A program made the translations under genes and the position numbers. A stretch of DNA of 62,200 bases, filler included, from Kipferlia bialata (lineage: Eukaryota), in the NCBI GenBank assembly GCA_003568945.1. It is 5 parts of 5 records of this genome, joined end to end, with 100 filler letters (N's around TTAATTAATTAA, not from the genome) between each part and the next. Parts side by side here need not be neighbours in the genome. Positions count along the whole stretch, not along the records: positions 18,001 to 35,899 come from BDIP01000503.1; positions 36,000 to 53,862 come from BDIP01000504.1; 3 more parts are not named here. One strand, 5' to 3'. Positions 27,429 to 40,600 of this stretch are shown here, piece by piece. Each line of letters opens with the position of its first letter. Positions within the stretch are counted from its first letter, which is position 1. The notes beneath the pieces are model-generated. The model had not been told where the DNA came from. It searched no databases and worked only from the letters and a program-made list of their open reading frames with translations.

Positions 27429-30400
27429 GTCTCTCCCCCCCTCACCCCAGTCTCTGGCATTGACAGTGACACTGTCCTCCTCGATGATGGGAGCCAGGTG
27501 GGTATATATCCACGAGATATTGTATATACAATACACTACTAATGTTTATACTTATGAGTATACTATTGGTAGTGACACTGTGCTGCTGGACGATGGGAGC
27601 CAGGTATTCATGCTCTATTTGTATGTAATATATACTATATAATATACACTATTGATATAATATAGGTAGTGACACTGTGCTGCTGGATGATGGGAGCCAG
27701 GTGGGTAGGGATGTGTATATGTACTCCCTCTACATATATTCTCCTTTGGTGATATCCATATATATATCTATCTATATATATATTTATCTTTGTCTATATA
27801 TCCATATATATATATCTATATATCTATTTATATCTTTGTGATTGCTTAGCCATCTCACCCCCAGCTGAAGTATGACATGTTCATTGCCATGACCCCCTCC
27901 AGACCCCACCCAGTCACTGTGTCCCTGGCCCTGTCCTTATCAGAGACAATGACAGGGGCAGAGAGGGCACTCAAGTGGAGGTATATGCTGTATATATATA
28001 TATATATGTATGTATATGTATGTATATAGTGAGAGAAAATGACAGGGGCAGAGAGGGCACTGAAATGGAGGTACACTACTCTGATATACTATACTGAGTA
28101 TAATGTACTGTATATATATCAGAGAACATGACAGGGTAGAGAGGGCACTCAAGTGGAGGTATTGCATGTCTACACTTGTATTTGAAAATGTCATCAGCGA
28201 CAATGGCAGGTTCAGACTCCTTAACATATAGCTACGGATACGCAACGGGAGAGAGATAATATATATATATATATATATATATATGTGTATGATATATCCC
28301 ATTGACCCCAGGGATGCCCAGCGTGAGAGAGAGAGGGCCAGGCTGAGTCAGTACCTATCAGAGGACTCAGAGGAGTCAGACATGACATCCGTCAAGGTCC
28401 CAATCAGTTTACAGGTATGTATAGATGATATTTGGTGGTGCGAATGGGATAGTGTAGATTATTACTACCACTGTCAATATCACATATCATGTATCTATTT
28501 TCTTTCTTCACATGAGTAATTGATATGCTCTTTTTCTTTCCCTGGGGTGAGCTCTTTTCCCTATCGTGTCTCCATTCAATACCATGTCATATGACCCCAG
28601 GTTAATGAGTTCCTTGAGCTCTGTCCGAGGGCTTATTCCAATGCATTTGCAGTGGGTACGTGTTCAGTATATTATATATTATAATTATTTCTATATTAGT
28701 ATAATAATAATAATTATTATTATTATTAATCAGCATATTGCCTCAAATGCATTAACGTGTATACATTCTTCCTGTGCTGTGTTCCACCTCATCAGCCTCA
28801 TCTGGCACTCAGTCAGTCTCTCTCTCTATCTGTCTTATCCCCGGGCCCCGTCCTGTCCCATCCTTCTGACCAGTATTATATGTAAAATACACTGCTTCCT
28901 ATATATACAACACATATATATGCACTCTAACCCCCAGGCCCCTCTGCCACCCCCTCCTGCCCCATACCCCGCATGTGTCTGGGACCCACACACATGTGAG
29001 TATCAGTATTGTGTATAGTATATATATATATATGGTATATATATACTACACAATATATATACAATATATATATATACTGTATAGCATTACTATATGACCA
29101 TTATACATCCCCACATGTGTCTGGGACCCACACACATGTACGCGACACCCAATAGTAGTATTCTGTGTATACGTGCCTTATATAGATATACCGATGCCTA
29201 TATTATCTACTTCCATACTCTATTCACCTCACATGTGTCTGGCATCCACACAGATGTGAGTAGTATCACTATACTGCTATTACTATACTTATATATGGAA
29301 TGTATCCCCATATGCCCTCCCTCCTCATCTGTTACTCTGCCATCCCCCTTTCATTTTAACTATTCATTTTACCTCTACTGTGTATTGTGTTTCCATATCC
29401 CACTTATCACTTCTCCCTGTACGAGTATCTGCCCGTATCCTCAGTTCTCAGGCCCACCGATGCCTCCTTCGACGGTGTATATGGTATATATACACTACAC
29501 AATATATACACAATATATATACATATATATATATATCCATGCCCTAGTCTCTGCCCTTATCCCAGGCCCACCGATGCCTCAGTATCAGTATCAGTTAGAC
29601 TATTCATTTAACATGATACACTATATATATATATATATCCATGTACTGGTATCTGCCCTTATCCCAGGCCCACCGATGCCTCCTTCGACGATGTCCACAT
29701 GTACTCGGGCAGCAGGTATATACACATGTGACATGGATAGTATATATATATATATATATATATACATGCTAAATGATACTGATACTGATATTGCCTCCTT
29801 TGACGATGTCCACATGTACTCGGGCAGCAGGTATACTAGTCTGCTGCTAGGCTACTGGTCTACTATATATATTCATGTACTCGGCTAGCAGGTATATACA
29901 CATGTGGCCAGAATAGTATATATTTATATATGCTATATGACGCTGGTACTGATATTGCCTCCTTTGATGATGTCCACAAGTACTCGGGCAGCAGGTATAC
30001 TAGTCTATATACCACTATATACTACTATATATATGCGTGTACTCGGGTAGCAGGTATACATGTGCATATATCCACATGCGTAATACAATAAATCCTTGTC
30101 ACATTGTATTGTTGCTCTCTCACTCCCCCTTTTTCTCTCTCTCTCTCTATCGTTACATGTCTGACCTCCTAGATGGCTAGGTGGTGTCCTGGCCCACAAC
30201 ATCCTGTCCAAGTGTCTCACCTTTGCCCCTGACTTCCACGCCCTGTCGGCATCAGCACCATCGGCATTCAAGGGTATGGATATGTATATATATATATGTG
30301 TGTGTGTGTGTGTAATCATCATTCTTGGTCAGTTATGTATGTTGAACAACTGTCAGTCTTCTGTATCTACATCGCTACCCTATACTTCCTTTCCTTCTAA

Positions 30401-31580
30401 CCCCTCAGCCTGGTCTGAGAGGATGGTACATATATATATATAATCATATCTAACACGGTATATATATATATATATATATCTAACCCCCCAGCCTGGTCTG
30501 AGCGGATGGGACATATATATATATATATATATCTTATCATATCTAATACGGTATATATATATCTATCTAACCCCCCAGCCTGGTCTGAGCGGATGGTACA
30601 TATATATANNNNNNNNNNNNNNNNNNNNNNNNNNNNNNNNNNNNNNNNNNNNNNNNNNNNNNNNNNNNNNNNNNNNNNNNNNNNNNNNNNNNNNNNNNNN
30701 NNNNNNNNNNNNNNNNNNNNNNNNNNNNNNNNNNNNNNNNNNNNNNNNNNNNNNNNNNNNNNNNNNNNNNNNNNNNNNNNNNNNNNNNNNNNNNNNNNNN
30801 NNNNNNNNNNNNNNNNNNNNNNNNNNNNNNNNNNNNNNNNNNNNNNNNNNNNNNNNNNNNNNNNNNNNNNNNNNNNNNNNNNNNNNNNNNNNNNNNNNNN
30901 NNNNNNNNNNNNNNNNNNNNNNNNNNNNNNNNNNNNNNNNNNNNNNNNNNNNNNNNNNNNNNNNNNNNNNNNNNNNNNNNNNNNNNNNNNNNNNNNNNNN
31001 NNNNNNNNNNNNNNNNNNNNNNNNNNNNNNNNNNNNNNNNNNNNNNNNNNNNNNNNNNNNNNNNNNNNNNNNNNNNNNNNNNNNNNNNNNNNNNNNNNNN
31101 NNNNNNNNNNNNNNNNNNNNNNNNNNNNNNNNNNNNNNNNNNNNNNNNNNNNNNNNNNNNNNNNNNNNNNNNNNNNNNNNNNNNNNNNNNNNNNNNNNNN
31201 NNNNNNNNNNNNNNNNNNNNNNNNNNNNNNNNNNNNNNNNNNNNNNNNNNNNNNNNNNNNNNNNNNNNNNNNNNNNNNNNNNNNNNNNNNNNNNNNNNNN
31301 NNNNNNNNNNNNNNNNNNNNNNNNNNNNNNNNNNNNNNNNNNNNNNNNNNNNNNNNNNNNNNNNNNNNNNNNNNNNNNNNNNNNNNNNNNNNNNNNNNNN
31401 NNNNNNNNNNNNNNNNNNNNNNNNNNNNNNNNNNNNNNNNNNNNNNNNNNNNNNNNNNNNNNNNNNNNNNNNNNNNNNNNNNNNNNNNNNNNNNNNNNNN
31501 NNNNNNNNNNNNNNNNNNNNNNNNNNNNNNNNNNNNNNNNNNNNNNGCGGATGGTACATATATCTAATCATATCTAATAC

Positions 31581-31617
<37 letters not shown>

Positions 31618-32295
31618 AACCCCTCAGCCTGGTCTGAGAGGATGGTATATATATATCTAATCATATCTAATACGGTATATATATATATATATATATAACT
31701 AACCCCTCAGCCTGGTCTGAGCGTATGCGTCTCAGGAAGTACCGGTACATTTATATATCAAATATCCAATACAGTCATTATATATCTAACCTCAGCCTGG
31801 TTTGAGCGTATGCGCCTCAGGAAGTATCGGTACAGACTGGACATACAGACATCGAGACTGCAGGTACTTGATGAATATATACATATATATACACCGAAGT
31901 AGAATGTGTATATGTATTCAGAACCATTGTATCTGTGTCTCATGCGTCATACCCCCCTCACCCCCAGTCCAAGATCAAGAGGAAACCCCCCTCGAGGAAG
32001 CATGTCAAGAAGGTAGGGATATTTCTATATCAATGATTCTATATATAGTACTGTACACTTAGACTCTCCAGGATAGCATGTCAAGAAGGGAGAGCTAAAG
32101 ATGTATAAACACGGTATTGATATACTATATTGGTGACTTGATACTATACTGGTAACTGTGGAGGAAGCATGTCAAGAAGGTAGGAATCTATCCACATCAT
32201 TGATTATATATATACTGTTCACATTAGACTGTGAAGGGAGAGTGTCAGGAAGGGAGCGCAAGGGGTGGACGTATATCTGAAATACTGCCAATGCT

Positions 32296-32335
<40 letters not shown>

Positions 32336-35300
32336 CCCCTTCCTCTCTCCCTCTCACCCTCAGGTGTCGCGTCGGTTTGACGTGGGTGTGCTTGAGTACT
32401 GTGCCTCCAGACTCATCACTGTATTCGACAGTAGGTGTCCCAACCCATTTGCAGAGCCAGGTACTACTATACTGTTATTAGTAGTGATAGTGATATATAT
32501 ATATATATATATATATACTATATAGTATATATAGTATATTTATATTTAGGACGAGTGGTGATAGAGGTTTGTATATTATATGTCCCAACCCATTTGTAGA
32601 GCCAGGTGATATGTGCTATATGTCTGTGTATATGAACTGCTTACAGATACTGGTATTATTACTACTCAGAAACTGGTATATTATATGCCCCAACCCATTT
32701 GCAGAGCCACGTACTGTCTGATATACATGTATAAGTGTATAAATTACATACATATACTGGTACTACTACTCAGAATCTAGTATATTATATGTCCCAACCT
32801 ATTTGCGGAGCCAGGCACTATTGTTATTATTACTACTTGTTTGGCTACTGTTGGCATCACTTTGTTATTATATTCCATTTCTTCCTGACACCAGGTTTTG
32901 AAGGCTTTGGTGGACACTCTGATGCTGAGACTGTGGAAGAGGAGGGGGAGACACGGTATGACACTGGGTATGGGAGAGGGTATGAGTCGAGTGAGGAAGA
33001 AGAGTGGCCAGGGAGTGTGTCTATAACAGGCCAAGGGGAGAGAGGGACGGAGAGAGAGAGGGAGAGAGAGAGGCAGGGAGATATGGATGGCTCCCAGACC
33101 CCACTGGGTACCAAGGGTGCTAGAGCCAGAGGGTCACGTGCTGACACCACTCTATCCCCACAGGTACATTTGCCCTCTGTCCCATACTCTCTCTAGTTCA
33201 AGTTAATACTCTTTACCATTCATTTCCCCTACATGTATATATCCTCTCACCCCTCAGACCCTCACCCTGTCCCATGCCAGGAGCAACCTCTCTCCATCTT
33301 ATATATATATATATATATGTGTGTGTGCTCCATCTTATATATACATATCCTCTAACCTAAGGTGCTCACCCTGTCCCCTCTGTCCCATGCCAGGAGCAGG
33401 GTGTTCAGTGCTAGGAACTCGAGTGCTAGGTATAAGTATTGATATGTGTTGTATAAATATTAGTAATTATTGTTTAGTATTATGTATATGTATGTATATA
33501 TATATATATATATATATTCACTTTATTAAGTAGGGTGTTCAGCACTAGGAATTCAAGTGCTAGGTATATATTATAATATTACTAACATATACATTTGTGT
33601 GATTACCTATGTATATTGGAGCATGTCCTTCATACACCACTCTACCCCCACTATTTGTGCACTCACAAGGAGAACTGATAATACTGTTAGATACTCAGTG
33701 CATTTTAGTATGTGTAGGAATGTCTAACACTTCAGGAGTACCCGCAGCGGCACTTCCTCAACCACGACAGGTGCCTCCTCTCACAGACCCCGTGCCAGTC
33801 ACAGACCTGTGGTCAACCTCACCCAGATGGGAAGGTGTGTATGATGTGTGTTTGTATATAGATAGACAAATGGATATGTGTTTGTATATATATCGGAGAG
33901 TGTGCCATAAGCATCAACCTCACCCAGATGGGAAGGTGTGTTCTACATTGACTGATTATTTGTTGCTCGTGAATGGGGTACTATGTATGTATATGTTTGC
34001 GTTAGTTGACGTCCATACGCTGCCTCACCCCAGGAGCATCATATATCCTGTGTGTCTAAACTCTCTAATACGTATGTATAAATTTCAATGTATGTATATA
34101 TATGTATATGTATATAAATTTACACACTAATACACAAATTTATGTATATATATTTACACACTAATGCCTCACCCCAGGAGCATCATATCCAACACCAGCC
34201 CGTCCTCCCCCCTCTCTGCGTCAGTCAGAACAGACAGTCAGAGAGAGAAGCAGAGAGAGACTCTGAGAGAGAGACAGTCTGGCAGAGTGATGCCACCACA
34301 CAGAGGGAGAGGGAGAGGGGTTGATTCCACCACCCCTGCTGCCTCCCTCTCTGTCTCTGCATCCAGACCCAGGAGACAGGCACCCCTGCCACCCCCACTC
34401 AGCAGGTATGGAAATATTTGTTTATATATATATATATGTATATAGTGTTCTTGATGGGTTCTGTTAACCCCTAGGACTGTCCCTGCCATCAGGCCTACTA
34501 GAGACTCCAGAGACACTGGAGAGAACAGACAAATGGTACCTGAGGTATGTGTCGGTATCAGTATTTCTAAGAGTGTTGCTGTCGTGTATAAATACTGTTT
34601 TCCGAGACACATATATACTCACCCCAGCCTCGCAAGGCCCTCTGGCCCTCCACCTTTGGCACAGATGACATCGAATTAGACATGGAGAGAGAGAGGGAGA
34701 CAGAGAGAGATGGTGTGGTGGGTACCTTGCATTACAGCAACGATTGCTATGCTGGTGATGGTGAGAGGGGGAGAGAGAGAGAGGGGCAGAGGGAGCGGCT
34801 ACCCTTCTCTTCCAACACTGCTGTGACAGTCTCTCTCTCCGCATCGTCAGGGGATAGAGAGAGAGAGAGAGACAGTATGGGACTTGGACCTGCAGAAGAG
34901 ATTGGCGAAGACTCCCTGTCTGCATCCCCCACCTCCTCTCTCTCTCCCTCCCCTGTCTACTCTAGAGCCCCTCTGGTGCTATCCCTAGACCCCCAGGCTG
35001 CACTGTCTACTGCATCACGTATAGGGGGACACGCTGCTCTCTCAGGACTCAATACCTCCAGTACCTCTGGTCCTAGGTTAGGAGTGAGTGTCCCTGCCGT
35101 GCCCCCTCCCAGACCATCCAGGCCACCACCTAGGTAATCAATATATATATACTGACAGTACATACTGATGTATATATGTCACTATACTGATAGTGTATGA
35201 TACTGATACTGATACTGACACTAGGCCATCCAGACCACCCCCAAGGTATATGTTTCAATGTACTAGACTGATAGTATACAATACTGACACTGATACTGAT

Positions 35301-35633
35301 ACCAGGCCATCGAGGGCAGCACCTAGGGCACCAGTGCCCATATCTGCACAGACTGGTGTTGGTAGTACAAGCTCAGTGACTATTGGCACATCTACACCGT
35401 CTAGTGGCAGTGGATCCTACTCTGGCCCTATTGGTACTGGTACGATTGTCACTCTGGACCCCCCTACTGACAGTGCCCTGTCACACTTAGGCGACATGTC
35501 ACACACAGTAGACAGTCCCTCTGGTGTAGAGAGTAACACCAACACTGTTCAGAACACGACTGGTGACAGTGACAGAGAGGCCGAGGACGGGTCCACAGTC
35601 TATGGACACACACCACCCCCAAGCTTCTTCTGA
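22305..35633 (+). CDS. Divergent pyridine nucleotide-disulfide oxidoreductase (NDH-2-like, resembling the N-terminal domain of SelD fusion proteins) with a long low-complexity C-tail, about 30 exons
   Basis: GASLHHIQAVK..VIMIS|RTRYTWLDGGVLGYLKGDLDICQ|SRIDVSAFAGWAGARLIIGQ|VSHIDFHRQTV..LHYDVISVGPG; VSGIDSDTVLLDDGSQ|LKYDMFIAMT; VNEFLE..NAFAVG; RAAG|GVLAHNIL. Last exon ends PPPSFF* at 35633. Confidence 0.65.
30398..31810 (+). repeat. Tandem ~85-nt intronic repeat containing a splice acceptor plus exon start, spanning an N gap (30609-31546)
   Basis: Unit ctaaccc(c/t)cagCCTGGTCTGAG(A/C)GGATGG-(ta)n-tcatatctaatacgg-(ta)n seen at ~30398, 30481, 30567, 31547 (partial), 31616, 31699. Confidence 0.9.
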
Positions 35634-35899
35634 GTATATGCTTAGTGTATGCATGGCTGTGTTGGTACCACTCCCTTTTGATCCTGGTTGCCTGATGACT
35701 CACTTTTAACTGTGTCTTGACTCTCGTTGACACGCATCCCATCTGTATATATTCCTAGCATGATTCTTGCTCCTTCTGGCAGGCCTCATGCGACATGTCG
35801 TCAGTAAATTAGTTAGATTGTATGATTCATCAGTAGTCATGAATTGCCATTTGACACAGGGAGGGGGGGGGGGGGGGGGGTTTTATTTTTTTTTTATTG

Positions 35900-35999
35900 N
35901 NNNNNNNNNNNNNNNNNNNNNNNNNNNNNNNNNNNNNNNNNNNTTAATTAATTAANNNNNNNNNNNNNNNNNNNNNNNNNNNNNNNNNNNNNNNNNNNN
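35900..35999. other. Artificial contig spacer
   Basis: N run + TTAATTAATTAA + N run, 100 nt. Confidence 0.97.
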
Positions 36000-36336
36000 G
36001 GTGATGCTAAGGGATCTGGTGGCTGAGAGATGGGAGGGGGGAGGGGAGGCGATGCAGTGTTTACTTCACTGACAGTATTAATGTGGCTACGAATGCAGTA
36101 TCCGACATACACGATAGATCAGGCACCGTCTTTGTTCCATTCTACTAAGTCATACTCCAACCCGTCGATCATCCTTTAGACACAGTATATGTCTGTTATT
36201 TACAACGTCAAGTACTCTCCAAGAGAGGCTGTTCTCTATCATCTCTTTTCCACATACTGTGCTATATGCGCCATATACCAGTTCATACTCAGTGTGTTGC
36301 TATAATTGGTCTTCTATTTGCTGTATAGATATCCAC

Positions 36337-36906
36337 TTAGTCCTCAGACTCATCAAGCGGAGTTCCCTTCCCACAGCAGGGTGAAGGGAGTGACTGTGCA
36401 ACAGTAGTGTTGGGCTCCTTCCTACTATTACGAGTCTGAAGCAGAGAGAGAGTGGTACCTACAAACACACTGACACCCAAGGCTGATAGTCTCATTGGTA
36501 GACCTGCAAGCTGTATATATAGGTTACGTCCTGGTACCATGTATCTAACAGCCTCCAGTGTAAGGAAGACAGTTGGAATGCCATATATCATTGAACCGTT
36601 CTGTCCGATCTTCGGAGAGAAGGGAAGACGGTCAGCTACTGCTAGAATGGAGCCTATCCACTTGAGACGAGTGTGGAAGTGGAGTGGGGCGTGTCTGACA
36701 TACAGCACAGACAAGATGCATATGAAGAGTACGGTGGAGTGTACTATATCAAGAGGGATAACTGGTGGAGGGAGGCTCTCTCTCACTGTGTCCCGTAGGT
36801 CGAGTGCCCATGATACTGTCTCGTCCAGACACCGCCTAACTGTAGTCACTGCCTTATCCTCGTCCCAGGTCAGAACTGCCTCAACGGGTGAGTCAAACAG
36901 ACCCAT
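36337..36906 (-). CDS. Intronless hypothetical membrane protein (189 aa)
   Basis: ATG-to-TAA ORF free of microsatellite, with several hydrophobic segments (VLFICILSVLYV, LSALGVSVFVGTTLSLL). Confidence 0.55.
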   Translation of the reverse strand: MGLFDSPVEAVLTWDEDKAVTTVRRCLDETVSWALDLRDTVRESLPPPVIPLDIVHSTVLFICILSVLYVRHAPLHFHTRLKWIGSILAVADRLPFSPKIGQNGSMIYGIPTVFLTLEAVRYMVPGRNLYIQLAGLPMRLSALGVSVFVGTTLSLLQTRNSRKEPNTTVAQSLPSPCCGKGTPLDESED

Positions 36907-36959
36907 GGCAGTTGTTTTGGTGTATAGGGAGTCGACACACTCCTCCGCTAGCTGATACC

Positions 36960-37333
36960 ATGTCTAAGTGCTTGAGGATATCTATACACAAAGTAGGAAA
37001 GCCTTCAATCACGGAATGGGAGATTCTAGATACAATTATTCTAGATATTGTCCTATGGGAGTCTGTAGATGGAAAGATTGCTTCCACTACAACCAATACT
37101 TCAACTATGATGACACATCGGTGACTGCACTTGATCAGGGCCTGAGTCAGGCACTGTCTGCGCTTAAGTTGAATGAATTGACACCAGGTGGCTATACTCA
37201 TTTGAGTCAGTTTCTTCCAGATACCTCAGTGACTTCACGTATAGCACATAATTGCGACTATTATGGTCACAATACGGTGATTCTGGGAGAAGAACTGGTT
37301 TCTGAGAGGTTGGAGGAGGAGGTGAGGTCATAG
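36960..37333 (+). CDS. Possible small hypothetical protein, start unresolved
   Basis: Open frame of about 120 codons with complex sequence. No recognisable motif. Confidence 0.25.
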
Positions 37334-37634
37334 ATTGCTTGGTAGCCAAGGCAGCCTTGGCCCAAGTATAACCTATACTCAGTACATTACTGAGCCAGAC
37401 ACAAAACGCAAAGTAATCTATTGCACATACAACTCAATGACCTGAGTATCCTGGTGGCTCCAACCCTATCAGTCGCTAACAACCGCTAAGAGTCATTAGT
37501 TATTGAACACACATCGTGGGTCATCGGTCGGCTTGTTGCGAAGTCCTATTCTGACCCGAGACTGTGAACCTACACAGAGGCTGTCACAACGCACAAAGTA
37601 CGGGGCCATCTAGCTGATCTCTATGACCTCTGTC

Positions 37635-40600
37635 CTATCTCCTCAGCCTCCTCCTGGCCCTATGGAGAGTGCGCCGCTGGGAGGAACCTAGAGGTGAGGC
37701 ATCTATAAATATGAGTATGAAAATATTGGAAGTGACTCCGGGAGCTACCTGGAGGTGAGGTATACATATAAACATATAGTATATAGTAGGAGAGTGCGCC
37801 TCTGGGAGGAGACTGAGGGTAAGCAGGGGGAAATACATATATAGTATACACTATAGAGTATGCGGGCTGCTGGAAGGTACCTGAGGGGAAAGGAGGCAGA
37901 AGAGTAGGTGAATGGAAAGAGACGCACATATATGTGATGTACGTATATGCGATATATATATATATATATATATATAGCTGGGAGCAACCTGTGATATCTA
38001 GATAAGATATATCAACGCACATACATTTGAAACTATTGCATAACGTATTGTACTACATATGACTCACCATCACTAGCGGCAGGTGTGGCAGGGGCAGCAG
38101 CTCCAAAGCCTACAGGTGAGAACAAGAAGAAACAGCGAAAGAGAGTACAATATACATTTAGAAGAGGTAATAGAGTATCAATGATATGCAGCAGCTCCAA
38201 AGCCTACAGTGAGAACAGCAGAAGAGTCCTCTATAGTGTGAACACAAAACAGAGAGTATGAGTGGAGGTACATCAAGCGGCGCAAATGGTAAACGCATAC
38301 CTGATGCGGGTGCTGCAGCAGCGGCTCCGAATCCACCTGATAATGAGAGTAATACAGTTAGCATCATACCTCTTCAAGAATTCATCGAAGATGTATATAT
38401 GACGATGTATGTATATCCCTCTGTACCTGTGGCAGCTGCACCGAACCCACCCCCTGGGGCAGCAGCACCAAAGCCACCTGGGAGTGAGTGATGGCCATAG
38501 TATATACACAATACCAATACGTTCTAGATGAAATAGCCATTCACGCTTCCACATGTTCTGGTGATACTAATGCGAGATTACTGCATGTTTACCTGTTGTA
38601 GCAGCGGCACCGAAACCTCCAGCGGCTGGGGCGGCGGCAGCGCCAAAGCCTAACAGTGAGACTGTGAGATTACTCCAAAGACAACATAACTAATCCATGT
38701 AGTATTTGGATATAATGGTAAATGAAATGAATATGAGTACATCTACATCTGCATCCACATATATATATGTATGGATACAAAGCATGTCTACATCTATACA
38801 TAAAGAGTATGAGTACCTGACGCAGGGGCAGCAGCTGCTCCAAACCCTGAGGCAGCAGGGGCGGCTGGGGTTAGGGCAAGTGATATACCGAGAAGACGAA
38901 GCAGAGAACATCATAGTATATATAGAAGTGTATATACCTGCAGTCTTTGCCCCGAAGAACCCTCCGGTAGAAGGGGCAGCGGCAGCAGCTCCAAAGCCTG
39001 AAAAGGTTAGAGGGCAGGTAATCAACACGTCTATCTGATACACTACTGCAAATGCTTTTAGGTTATAGAAACTATTAAATGTGACTACCCATACCTGAAG
39101 CAGCTGGGGCGGCGGTTGCGGCGGCGGCTCCAAACCCAGTGGTGGAAGCACCGAATCCTAGGGATGAGACTATCACTCAGAAGAGAGGCATCAATACAGA
39201 GGAGTATCAAATCACTAACAAGTACTATGTAGTAATACACACACACACACACATACATATATATACTATATACATATCCATGTACCTGTGGATGCAGCGG
39301 GGGCAGCAGCGGCTCCGAAACCTGGCATCAGTACAAATGACCACATACGCAAAAGTGGCGAAGAGGTCCCCAGGAGAATATATTGTATGTGTACATATAT
39401 GTGTCCATTTGAGTGTACCTGTGGAGGCAGGGGCAGCAGCAGCTCCAAAGCCAGTGGCTGCAGGGGCGGCGGCTAGAGATTAGTCGTGGAGCCGAACGCA
39501 TCAAACATATGTATATGGACTAGTGAGAAGTGCACACATATATAATATACCTGCAGCAGCGCCGAAACCTCCTGTGGCGGCTCCAAAGCCTAGGTTGTCA
39601 GTATCAAGATGGAGAAGGATTAGTGATGTGATTGAAGGAATCATTATATCCACACCAGATACTCTTTAATCTACAATAATGTACAACTATGCATCATTGA
39701 CGTCTAACACACATAGACACATACACTACCCCTATATATGCATACATATACACTACCCAGTACCATATAAATGCATACATATACACTACCCAGTACCTGT
39801 GGCAGCAGGTGCAGCGGCAGCGCCGAATCCAGTAGAGGCAGCAGGGGCAGCTAGAGTGAGGGAATACCATTGGCTGAATATATCTGTTGACAATGCACAG
39901 ATTGAAGATAATATGATATGGTGTGAGTATACCTGCTGCTGCTGCGCCGAATCCAGTTGTCCCTGTAGCGGCGGTACCAAAGCCTGATATGTGAGAACAA
40001 TAATCACACTAAATAACAATTTCAAATGTGGATTGACACACAAAGGCTAAAGAAATATGGCGTATAGAACCTGTGGCTGCGGGTGCGGTAGTTGCGGCAG
40101 CCCCGAACCCTGCACCGAATCCAGTCGCTGAGGGTGAGGACCCAAGTGAGTACATATATGCCTACTGTACATGCAGCGATGAACTCTATATGGCATGGAG
40201 GGAGAGAGGAGGACCCACTCTCAAATATATACCACACACACACATATATATATACCTGCTGGTGCAGCGGCAGGGGCGGCAGCAGCAGCTCCGAAGCCTG
40301 GCGTAAGATCTCAGTTGCCACCAAGTAATAGATATAGTAGACTCGTTCTACGAGTGGCTGAAGAGGTGGCAGATACCCACAAGTATAGAGGGCGAGAAAC
40401 CTCAAGAATGTCGTGGAATAGTATATATCCCATACCTGTGGCAGCTGGCTTGGCGTCTGCGGTGGGGGCAGCGAAGGCAAAGCCTCCAGCGGCTGGCTTA
40501 GCGGCTGGGGGTGAGGTTACACATGTGTGAATACAACAGTTACGTATCATATCAGGAGGACTGCGCCAACGAACAACATACATGTGTATAGTATACATGT

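Noticed and set aside
30398..31810. Repeat-spacer pattern resembling a CRISPR array (also 3385-3670 and 5869-6085)
   Set aside because: The repeats are splice acceptor plus exon sequence, the spacers are microsatellite, the context is eukaryotic and there are no cas genes.
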